Shown: positions 9,007 to 17,191 of the stretch, one piece after another
Numbering within the stretch: position 1 is the first letter of the stretch
Layout of the letters: each line of letters opens with the position of its first letter
Assembly (NCBI GenBank): GCA_033717875.1
Contig: JADDKJ010000007.1
Coordinates: 31,255 to 95,254 of the forward strand
Direction of reading: 5' to 3'
DNA length: 64,000 nt
DNA from: Gammaproteobacteria bacterium
Lineage (GTDB): Bacteria; Pseudomonadota; Gammaproteobacteria; Ga0077554; Ga007554
Made by a program: the position numbers and the translations under genes
The notes under the pieces: generated by a model
What the model saw: the letters and a program-made list of their open reading frames with translations, nothing else
Database searches by the model: none
Told to the model about the DNA's origin: nothing

Positions 9007-10431
9007 ATGCCAAGAACTAATTTTGTGCCAGCCAGACACGGTTTTCACTTTCGAAACGATTTCGTGAACAATGTAGCCACAATTCCATTTTTTGGGAATG
9101 TTACGACCCGCGGACGATGCGGCGGAATGGCGTATGCCGCATTGGATTACTACCACGCGGGCATCCCTACCCCTACTCATAATACCTCTGATTTTCCAGG
9201 GACAGGTGTTCCTGCCGATGGCACTCGACTAGCTGATTACATCTACTGGAGGCTATTGAATAGCTTCACAGTGCCCACAACCATGAATTTTATTACATGG
9301 ACGATGCATGCTGACCATGCCACCTGGTTTTTCAAAGGGGTTACCCGCTGGACCAAAGAGGATGAGTTTAGCAAATTGCGTCGGTATATCGACAGCGGTA
9401 CTCCTGTAGTGCTGGGGCTCGTTTGCTCAAGGGATTTAACGCAGATTGGGGACAATCATCAAGTCGTAGCCTATGGTTACGATTTTGATCCAGACTCGGA
9501 GACTATCACCATATACATTTACGATAATAATTACCCTGATCAGGAAGTCGTACTGTCGTCAGATCGGTCCAATCCGCATTTTAACGAGTCTACTGGGGCC
9601 ATATGGCGTGGGTTCTTCGTTCAGGATTACGGTGCGCAGCGACCTACTTACCTAGATCTTGCGATTTCTAGAGGCATATGGGTGAGTTCGAGCCATCCGA
9701 CATTGGGCGGTCACTTTGACTGTCAGTACACCGTCAGGAATTACGGTGATTACCCGGCCCATCTCCAGTTTTTGTATCTTTATTTGAGGGGGCCGTCTGG
9801 TGAAAACCTGGATTCTTTTCTGGGGTCGGATGCGAATGCCACCCCGCTTCAGGCCAACGAAGAAAGGATGATTTTTAAAGCCAGCGAGAGGTTCTCCACT
9901 TTGGCGGGGAACCATACAATAGGAGCCGCGTATTTTTCCGAACGGGGAGAATGGATTGGCATTCCTGCCGGCGAGCCAGGTGCTGCAAGAGAAGTTGTCA
10001 TTTCCGTTGAAAAACCAAAGGAGAAGGAGAAAGAAAAAGAGAAAGAGCAAAAGGATAAAGAAAAGGATCGCAAGGACACAAAGGAAAAGGAGGTTGCCAA
10101 AAACGAATCCAAGGAGGCCAAGGAGCTGACTAAGGAAAAAGACAGAGAGAACTATTACACCCCAAAAGAGTTCGCCGAGGACTTTTCTGGGGGGACCGCT
10201 GGCCACCCGTCTTTCGAAGAACGCCTGACCCGTGTTGAGGCGGCAGTAGGTCAACTCAGTCATTTCATCAGCCCAGAGTTGCGCCCCGACTTGAGTATCG
10301 GCTCCCTCAGGCGCGAGCCTGATCTGGACAGTCCCGATTCTGCCTCGCTGAGGCAGCGGCTTCAAAAACAGGCGGCCGATGCCAAGCAGGCCAAGGACGG
10401 TAAGGATATTGAAAAGCCAAGAGAAGGATAG
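9007..10431 (+). CDS. papain-like Cys/His peptidase-fold protein with K/E-rich spacer and conserved acidic/basic tail
   Basis: Candidate triad GRCGGMAYAALDYY (Cys), NHQVVAYGYD (His), IYIYDNNYP (Asp/Asn). A beta-sandwich-like middle domain. Spacer EKPKEKEKEKEKEQKDKEKDRKDTKEKE.... Tail ERLTRVEAAVGQLSHFISPELRPDL...KDGKDIEKPREG. GGAGG 7 nt upstream of the ATG. No signal peptide. Confidence 0.6.
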   Translation: MPRTNFVPARHGFHFRNDFVNNVATIPFFGNVTTRGRCGGMAYAALDYYHAGIPTPTHNTSDFPGTGVPADGTRLADYIYWRLLNSFTVPTTMNFITWTMHADHATWFFKGVTRWTKEDEFSKLRRYIDSGTPVVLGLVCSRDLTQIGDNHQVVAYGYDFDPDSETITIYIYDNNYPDQEVVLSSDRSNPHFNESTGAIWRGFFVQDYGAQRPTYLDLAISRGIWVSSSHPTLGGHFDCQYTVRNYGDYPAHLQFLYLYLRGPSGENLDSFLGSDANATPLQANEERMIFKASERFSTLAGNHTIGAAYFSERGEWIGIPAGEPGAAREVVISVEKPKEKEKEKEKEQKDKEKDRKDTKEKEVAKNESKEAKELTKEKDRENYYTPKEFAEDFSGGTAGHPSFEERLTRVEAAVGQLSHFISPELRPDLSIGSLRREPDLDSPDSASLRQRLQKQAADAKQAKDGKDIEKPREG

Positions 10432-10448
10432 CTGGCGGACAGGCAGAT

Positions 10449-10488
10449 GGCGGGGCCGGTTTTCGCATTCCCGGCCCCCGCCATTTTT
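10449..10488 (+). terminator. intrinsic terminator-like hairpin
   Basis: Stem ggcggggccgg ... ccggcccccgcc followed by ttttt, directly after the stop at 10431. Confidence 0.6.
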
Positions 10489-10507
10489 CGGGGGAGGATG
10501 TTGAGCA

Positions 10508-11254
10508 ATGTGGCTGGTGCTTTGTCCGTCAAATGATGAGGCCGCGCTTTGGGCCTACGAGGGTCTCAAGGCCCGGCAGATCGCACCGCTCGAATTGGTG
10601 AGCGCCGAGGAGCTGGCGTGCAGCCTGCGCTGGGAGCATCGGGTGTCGGCGGATGGCGCCAGTGTCGCCATCACCCTTGCGGACCGGCGCACAATCAACA
10701 GTGGCGCTGTCCGCGGAATAGTGAATCGCCTTTCCTATATTCCCCAGGAGCACCTTGCCATGGCCAGTCCGGCCGATCGCGAATACGCAGCACAGGAGCT
10801 GATGGCGTTTTACATGAGTTGGCTGTACGCCATGCCTCAGCCGGTGCTGAACCGGCCAACGGCGCAGGGGCTGTCCGGCGCATGGCGCCACATCTCCGAA
10901 TGGGTTTGGCTGGCCGGGAAGGCGGGGTTGCCGACACTGCCTTACCGGCAAAGCGGCTTTGATGAGATCGATGAAGGGCATCTCAGGGGAGGGTTCGTCT
11001 CAGCAGAGACGCCAGTGAATACGGTCATCGTCATTGATGGGCACGTTGTCGGGGAATCGCCCCCCCCCGACATTGCTGCAAGCTGCAAACGTCTCGCGGG
11101 TCTCGCGGGGGCCGGGTTGTTGGGCATTCAACTTGTTGCCGGGCCGGAATCTTCCTGGACCTTCGCCGGGGCGACACCGTTGCCTGATCTCAGGCTGGGG
11201 GGCGAGGCACTGCTCGATGTGATGGCGGCGGCGCTCCAGGGTGGAGGAAGGTAA
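10508..11254 (+). CDS. degenerate ATP-grasp paralog (pseudo-enzyme candidate)
   Basis: Colinear with the next gene. MWLVLCP... matches MILLCGIP..., NRPTAQGLSG matches NRTGPMGSNS, VIVIDGHVVG matches VRVHTVGTEVF, and CKRLAGLAGAGLLGIQLV matches CVRLARALELPFAGIDLK. It lacks about 60 central residues, and FAGATPLP replaces the Mg-ATP motif FEVNPSP. Confidence 0.6.
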   Translation: MWLVLCPSNDEAALWAYEGLKARQIAPLELVSAEELACSLRWEHRVSADGASVAITLADRRTINSGAVRGIVNRLSYIPQEHLAMASPADREYAAQELMAFYMSWLYAMPQPVLNRPTAQGLSGAWRHISEWVWLAGKAGLPTLPYRQSGFDEIDEGHLRGGFVSAETPVNTVIVIDGHVVGESPPPDIAASCKRLAGLAGAGLLGIQLVAGPESSWTFAGATPLPDLRLGGEALLDVMAAALQGGGR

Positions 11255-12184
11255 ATGATTCTGCTATGCGGCATTCCCACCGAAACCCCGATCGCCATGG
11301 TCCGGGAGGAGCTCGATGGACTCGGCGTGCCGTATGCCGTGTTCAATCAGCGGCATTTCAGCGCCACAGAGCTGGAATTCGCAATCTCCGGCAATCGTGT
11401 CACCGGCCGGATAACCATCGACACCCAGGACTACCGTCTCGAGGATATTTGCGGCGTTTATACCCGGTTAATGGATGATCAGGTCTTGCCGGAGCTCAAG
11501 GATGAACCCGCCGGTTCACCCCGGCGGCGGTACTGCCGAGCCCTCCACGATGCCTTGATGCGCTGGTGCGAGATCATGCCGGGCCGTGTTGTCAACCGCA
11601 CCGGGCCGATGGGGTCCAATTCGTCCAAGCCCTATCAGGCGCAACTCATCCGCGAACAGGGTTTTGCCATTCCGGAGACGCTTGTCACTAACGATCCGGA
11701 TCTGGTGCTTCAATTCCGCGCCAAGCACAAGAGGATCATCTACAAATCGATCAGCGGCGTGCGCTCCATTGTGCAGACCCTCGAAGACGAGGACCGGGAA
11801 CGGCTGGCGCAGATTCGCTGGTGCCCCACGCAGTTTCAGGAGTTTGTGGAAGGCACCAACGTTAGGGTGCACACGGTCGGGACTGAAGTGTTTGCGACTG
11901 CCATCACCACCGAGGCTGCCGACTACCGGTACGCACATCGGGCAGGTAAAGAGGTGGAACTGAAGGCGTTCGATCTGCCCGGCGAGCTTGCCAATAAGTG
12001 CGTGCGTCTCGCCCGGGCGCTGGAACTGCCCTTTGCCGGCATTGATCTCAAGATCACCCCCGATAACCGGGTCTACTGTTTTGAGGTCAATCCGAGTCCG
12101 GCATTCAGTTATTACGAGAGTAACACAGGCCAGCCAATTGCTCGGGCCGTGGCGCGATATCTGGCTGGGGAAACGCAATACTGA
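11255..12184 (+). CDS. MdnC/MvdD-like ATP-grasp ligase
   Basis: Pre-ATP-grasp N-domain, IYKSISGVRS, CPTQFQEFVEGTNVRVHTVG, IDLKITPDNRVYCFEVNPSPAFSYYE. From memory, the block order resembles microviridin ligase MdnC. The start abuts the previous stop (TAA then ATG), with GGAGGAAGG inside the upstream gene end. Confidence 0.8.
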   Translation: MILLCGIPTETPIAMVREELDGLGVPYAVFNQRHFSATELEFAISGNRVTGRITIDTQDYRLEDICGVYTRLMDDQVLPELKDEPAGSPRRRYCRALHDALMRWCEIMPGRVVNRTGPMGSNSSKPYQAQLIREQGFAIPETLVTNDPDLVLQFRAKHKRIIYKSISGVRSIVQTLEDEDRERLAQIRWCPTQFQEFVEGTNVRVHTVGTEVFATAITTEAADYRYAHRAGKEVELKAFDLPGELANKCVRLARALELPFAGIDLKITPDNRVYCFEVNPSPAFSYYESNTGQPIARAVARYLAGETQY

Positions 12185-12528
12185 ACATGAAAGCCGATAA
12201 AGCGGGTGCAAGGAAAGCGGCAGGGCCAGGTCTTGATGTCATGTTCCGCGCCCCGCCCAAGGATGCCATGAAACCCAAGCCACATCGATCGTGAATGTCC
12301 GATGACGAGGATGAAATATCATTGATCGGATGTCGCCGAGCCGCGATTTGTTGTTGATCGCCTTTCCGGCTGGCGGCGGGAATGCACGAAATTCGAGCGA
12401 TGCGGTGAAGGGGGTGAACCGTATCCTGCGTTACCTGGCTTTTATCAAGGTAAAGGGTTTCCCCCTTTCCTTTATCTGTTATATGCTTGTTCCTTCCGCA
12501 GTAATTCAGATTCAAATCAAGGTGTGCA

Positions 12529-13689
12529 ATGAGCGAGTATCTGCCCGGCCTGGAAGGTGTTCCGGCGACCAAGTCCAATATTTCCTTCATCGATGGCGAG
12601 CGCGGCATACTGGCCTATCGAGGCTATCCCATCGATGAACTCGCCGAGCACAGCACTTTCGAAGAAACCGCGCTGCTGTTGCTCGATGGCCGCCTGCCCA
12701 CGTCGAGCGAGCTCGACAGTTTCGATGAACAACTGCGCGCCAACCGCCGCGTCAAGTACAACATCCGCGAGATGATGAAAAACCTGCCGGCCAGCGGCCA
12801 CCCGATGGAGATGCTCCAAACGGCGGTGGCGAGCCTGGGCATGTTTTATCCCGGCCCGGAGGGGTTGACCGGCCGCGACATCCGCGAAAATCTGGATTAC
12901 ATCCACAGCATGACGGTGAAGATCCTGGCGCGCATGGCGACGCTGGTGGCGATGTGGGAGCATATTCGCAACGGCTACGACCCCGTGCTGCCGCGCACCG
13001 ATCTGAGCTACGCGGAAAACTTCCTCTACATGCTGACCGGCAAGGAGCCTGATCCGTTCCATGCCGACATCATGGATACCTGCCTGGTGCTGCACGCCGA
13101 ACATACCATCAACGCCTCGACCTTCGCCGCGCTGGTGGCCGGCTCGACCCTGGCGGCGCCCAACGGCGTCATCGCCGCCGCCATCGGCACCCTCTCCGGT
13201 CCGCTGCACGGCGGGGCGAACGAGAAAGTCGTGGAGATGCTGCAAGAGATCGGCAGCCCGGACAACGCCCGCGCCTGGGTGGAGAAACAGCTTGCGGCGA
13301 AGGCCAAGATCTGGGGCATGGGGCATCGTGAATACAAGGTCAAAGACCCGCGCGCCGTGATCCTGGAAAAGCTGGTGGAAAAGCTTGCCGCCCACAAGGG
13401 CGGCCAGGTCAGCCCGCTGTTCGAGACCGCCCTGGCGGTGGAAGAGGCTTGCCGCGAGCGGCTGGCGCACAAGGGAGTTTATCCCAATGTCGATTTCTAT
13501 TCGGGCGTGCTCTACTCGGAGATGGGCATCCCTACCGACCAGTTCACCTCCATCTTCGCCATCTCGCGCTGCGCGGGGTGGCTGGCCCACTGGCGCGAAC
13601 AGCTCGCCGACAACCGCATCTTCCGGCCCACGCAGGTCTACACTGGCGAAGATGTCCGGCCTTATGTGCCGTTACGGCAACGTGGATAG
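12529..13689 (+). CDS. citrate synthase (about 380-aa type; could be 2-methylcitrate synthase)
   Basis: Motifs [15 protein letters not shown] and [12 protein letters not shown]. Confidence 0.9.
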   Translation: MSEYLPGLEGVPATKSNISFIDGERGILAYRGYPIDELAEHSTFEETALLLLDGRLPTSSELDSFDEQLRANRRVKYNIREMMKNLPASGHPMEMLQTAVASLGMFYPGPEGLTGRDIRENLDYIHSMTVKILARMATLVAMWEHIRNGYDPVLPRTDLSYAENFLYMLTGKEPDPFHADIMDTCLVLHAEHTINASTFAALVAGSTLAAPNGVIAAAIGTLSGPLHGGANEKVVEMLQEIGSPDNARAWVEKQLAAKAKIWGMGHREYKVKDPRAVILEKLVEKLAAHKGGQVSPLFETALAVEEACRERLAHKGVYPNVDFYSGVLYSEMGIPTDQFTSIFAISRCAGWLAHWREQLADNRIFRPTQVYTGEDVRPYVPLRQRG

Positions 13690-14790
13690 CGCGGTTTCCG
13701 CCTCCGTATAAGTCATCTCCAAACTCTCCGCCACGGCGCGGCAGGTCAACATGCCGTGATGGGTGTTGAGGCCGGCGCGCAAGGTCACATCGCCGCGCAG
13801 CGCATCCAGGCCGCTGCCCGCCAGCTCGATGATATAAGGCAGGGTCTGATTGACCAGGGCGAAGGTGCTGGTGCGCGGCACGGCGCCGGGCATATTGGCG
13901 ACGCAGTAATGCACCACGCCATCGACGACATAGGTCGGCGCGTGATGGGTGGTGGGATGCGTCGTTTCCACGCAACCGCCCTGGTCGACGGAGACATCGA
14001 CAATCACGCTGCCCGGCCGCATGTGCGCCAGCATGTCGCGCGTCACCAGCCAGGGTGCCTTGCGGCCCGCGATCAACACCGCGCCGATCACCAGGTCGGC
14101 ATGCAAGACCGCCTCTTCGATATTCGCCTCATTGCTGGTGCGGGTCTGTACCCGGCCCATGAAAATGTCGTCCAAGTATTGCAGGCGCTCGTGACGGGTG
14201 TCGAGCAGGGTCACCTGCGCCCCCATGCCCGCGGCGATCTTGGCGGCATTGAGTCCCACCACGCCACCGCCGAGGATCGCCACCTGTCCCGGCGGCACGC
14301 CCGGCACGCCACCCAGCAGCACACCGCGTCCGCCCAGGTGCTTCTCCAGATACGTCGCGCCGACCTGCGTGGCCATACGCCCCGCCACCTCGCTCATCGG
14401 CGCGAGCAACGGCAGGTGGCCCGCTGGTGTCGTCACCGTTTCATAGGCGACGCCGGTCACGCCCGAGGCCAGCATGCGCTCCGTCAGCTCGCGGTTGGGC
14501 GCCAGGTGCAGATAGGTGAAGAGCAGCAAATCAGGGCGCAGATAGCCATACTCGGCGGCGATCGGCTCCTTCACCTTCACCACCATCTGCGCCGCCCACG
14601 CCGCCGCGGCATCCGCCACGATCTCACCGCCGGCGGCCTGATATTCGGCGTCGGTGATGCCGCCGTCCATGCCCGCGCCACTCTGCACCCGCACACGATG
14701 ACCGCGACGGATGAGCGTCTTGACCGCGCCGGGGGTCATGCCTACGCGGTATTCGTCGTCTTTGGTTTCTTTGGGAAGGCCGATGAGCAT
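13672..14790 (-). CDS. ald: alanine dehydrogenase
   Basis: [20 protein letters not shown]..., NAD-binding site [15 protein letters not shown]. 372 aa. Confidence 0.92.
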   Translation of the reverse strand: MLIGLPKETKDDEYRVGMTPGAVKTLIRRGHRVRVQSGAGMDGGITDAEYQAAGGEIVADAAAAWAAQMVVKVKEPIAAEYGYLRPDLLLFTYLHLAPNRELTERMLASGVTGVAYETVTTPAGHLPLLAPMSEVAGRMATQVGATYLEKHLGGRGVLLGGVPGVPPGQVAILGGGVVGLNAAKIAAGMGAQVTLLDTRHERLQYLDDIFMGRVQTRTSNEANIEEAVLHADLVIGAVLIAGRKAPWLVTRDMLAHMRPGSVIVDVSVDQGGCVETTHPTTHHAPTYVVDGVVHYCVANMPGAVPRTSTFALVNQTLPYIIELAGSGLDALRGDVTLRAGLNTHHGMLTCRAVAESLEMTYTEAETALSTLP

Positions 14791-14866
14791 GGGGGATCTC
14801 CTTTCGGTTTAAAGCGGCTTCTCAACGCAAAATACCAACGGCAGCTCAACTGCGCCTATTTTGAGA

Positions 14867-15886
14867 TCACAGTGTCACGCCCATTTTGTCCGCAATTTTC
14901 ATTGCCAACTGGTTGAAATCTTTCTTGGCATCCTGAACAGCATTGGCATGACTACCTATGGCACCATCGGCGGGTGTCAGATTGAAAATCGGTTTATGAT
15001 GCTCCTGCGCCATGGGAATCAAGCTGCGATAGTGCTTGATTGTAGCCAGGCAATAGGGATCATCGATGATCTGTTTTGTAAGCACGTCCGGCTTCTCGCC
15101 CAGTACTGATTCGCGGTATATCGCAGGAATGCGAGTGATCCACTTTTCATAGGCTTTAACCGGCCTATTCAGGCGCACACTATATTGCTGGCAAAGATAA
15201 CCTATAGGCTGCATTTTCCCTTGCGGCAAATGGAAGGTGGGATGGGATGGCTTTTCGGCGCTTGCTTCCCAGTTATCCAGCCTTTTTTTCCATAGGTTTT
15301 GCCAGTTTTTCAAGGTGGGGCCAAGATTTTTCAGCCCTTGTAAGGAGAACAGGTCAGCCCCGAGAGGAATCACTACGTAATCAGTGGCGACCAGTACCGA
15401 TCGGTTGATTGCGCCCAGATTTGGGCCGATATCGACAAGTATGATATCAGCTTGAACTTTTTCCACGGCCATCCGCATTACCTGCCAGAAAGAGCTCAGT
15501 ATTCGCATTGGGCGGTAAAGATTGTTGTCGCCCATGCTGTTAGGCCATTCGTTGGAAAGCGCATCTTCAAAACCGGATAAATTGACATCTCCCGGGATCA
15601 GGTAAAGGTCTGTGGCAATGGTTTGCAGCGTAGGTTCGGTGATATCACCAATCGCGGTAAGTGGCTTGACGCACTGAAAGATCGTTGAGCCTTGTGACGA
15701 ACTGTTCCAGATCTCCTCAATCCGATCTTCATCCAGGAAGGCCGACGTCAAATTGGCTTGTGGATCAAGATCTACGGCGACAACCCGCTTGCCCAGACTG
15801 GCAAACATCCACGCAAGATGATAGATCAACGAAGTTTTGCCCACGCCGCCCTTGTTGTTAAAAAAAGTCAACACGGGCGCACTCAT
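14867..15886 (-). CDS. ParA/MinD-like P-loop ATPase
   Basis: Deviant Walker A FFNNKGGVGKTS, then VAVDLDPQANLT and ILVDIGPNLG. ATGA overlap with the upstream gene. A/T-rich relative to its flanks. Confidence 0.8.
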   Translation of the reverse strand: MSAPVLTFFNNKGGVGKTSLIYHLAWMFASLGKRVVAVDLDPQANLTSAFLDEDRIEEIWNSSSQGSTIFQCVKPLTAIGDITEPTLQTIATDLYLIPGDVNLSGFEDALSNEWPNSMGDNNLYRPMRILSSFWQVMRMAVEKVQADIILVDIGPNLGAINRSVLVATDYVVIPLGADLFSLQGLKNLGPTLKNWQNLWKKRLDNWEASAEKPSHPTFHLPQGKMQPIGYLCQQYSVRLNRPVKAYEKWITRIPAIYRESVLGEKPDVLTKQIIDDPYCLATIKHYRSLIPMAQEHHKPIFNLTPADGAIGSHANAVQDAKKDFNQLAMKIADKMGVTL

Positions 15887-17091
15887 GGTTTGCGCCTCAT
15901 CACACAAGCGACCGCGCTCTGATTTACTTCAAACGTCAGCTCAGGATTGCCGTTTTTTTCCAGTTCTTTTCTCGCGGTAGCAATTCCTCTTCCAAATGCC
16001 TGAATAAAACCAAACGTTTTTAACACGTCGCCAATATTCGGATTACGATAATCCGTGATGCCAGGGTTGCCGAAGTTATCAATCGTGACATTGCCATACG
16101 GTCCGCCTGGGCTGATGATTTCAATGCGGTCATTAAACCAATACACCCGCACCGGAGCATTGGTGCTCTCGTAAGTTCTGTGCAACACGGCGTTATATAG
16201 AATCTGCTGGATTGCAGCAGGGGGGTATGGCATCTCTTTCAAATGTGTTGGCGCCGAGATGATGTCGATAGCTGCCCGGTTATGGGCCATAAGTTTTTCT
16301 TCAGTACGACGAAGTACCTCTACAAGTGCTCCTCCTATTGGTTCTTCGTCGATTACCGGGTCAGATAGCTCCGTCCCGTCAATGCGCAAAAACTGAATAT
16401 ACGCGCCAGGAAGGAAATCCTGGGGGCTTTTTCCGATGGCGAGTAATCCAAGCACGGTTGGCGTAGTATCATCAGGTGACACAATCATCTTGCATGAAGC
16501 GAGGCGTTCCTCATAGGTTCTGCCATTAGTTTCCAGAATATCTGCTGCAAATGCGGCGGGTAAATATTCGTTCTCGAAGATCAGCCTTGAAAGATCCGAA
16601 ACCTTTGCTGTGGGAATGGGATAAATATCGAAAGGAAGATTTTTATATCTTCTTCTTTCACTGAGGATACGTTCTTCCTGTTCGTTGGCAATAGAGCGGC
16701 GTGGGCCAGTGCGAATCCAGATACGCCCCTCGTACTTTACCGGTGGCATATCCGAGGGCATAACCGTTACAACGGCCATCTCGGTGCCTTTCAAGGTTCT
16801 TTTTTCAACAGAGAGAACAGGCAATGGAAGGATGTTGCCGTCGCTTCTCATATCCGCCAGGCTGCGAAGCAGTTCATCCGTGATAGGTTCGTCAGAAGGA
16901 GATCCATCGTCTTTCGCGCCTATGAAAAGAATGCCCGGCTTGTTGTGGTTGGGTAAATCATTGGCGAACGCGCAAACAGCCTGCCGGGCTTTTTTGGAGG
17001 CATCTCCTCTGAAAGACCGCTTTCTCTCAGTAAGATCGGATTCAGTATCATCCAATAGAGCCGTCAGCTCCTGGTCCGCAAGTCTTTTCAT
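15883..17091 (-). CDS. AlbA_2 (Schlafen-like) plus HATPase_c_4 putative DNA-binding ATP-binding protein
   Basis: N-terminal ESDLTERKRSF...AVCAFANDL...GILFIGAKDDG. C-terminal AIQQILYNAVLHRTYES, DRIEIISPGGPYG, YRNPNIGDVLKTFGFIQAFGRGI. Confidence 0.75.
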   Translation of the reverse strand: MKRLADQELTALLDDTESDLTERKRSFRGDASKKARQAVCAFANDLPNHNKPGILFIGAKDDGSPSDEPITDELLRSLADMRSDGNILPLPVLSVEKRTLKGTEMAVVTVMPSDMPPVKYEGRIWIRTGPRRSIANEQEERILSERRRYKNLPFDIYPIPTAKVSDLSRLIFENEYLPAAFAADILETNGRTYEERLASCKMIVSPDDTTPTVLGLLAIGKSPQDFLPGAYIQFLRIDGTELSDPVIDEEPIGGALVEVLRRTEEKLMAHNRAAIDIISAPTHLKEMPYPPAAIQQILYNAVLHRTYESTNAPVRVYWFNDRIEIISPGGPYGNVTIDNFGNPGITDYRNPNIGDVLKTFGFIQAFGRGIATARKELEKNGNPELTFEVNQSAVACVMRRKP

Positions 17092-17191
17092 CTCGTTGAT
17101 CCCTTACTCCAAAATCTGGGGGTATTGCATCAGTATTGCGATAAATCACATTCAGCGCAATGCCATTGAGTTGCTGTGGTTACGGCGCACC

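Noticed and set aside
13672-13689. 18-nt convergent overlap of the citrate synthase and ald 3-prime ends
   Set aside because: Both C-termini look full length. Short convergent overlaps are common, and nothing further is implied.
12517-14916. 357-aa minus-strand ORF (12517-13590) and 386-aa plus-strand ORF (13756-14916)
   Set aside because: Antisense to citrate synthase and alanine dehydrogenase respectively. These are GC-rich shadow ORFs.
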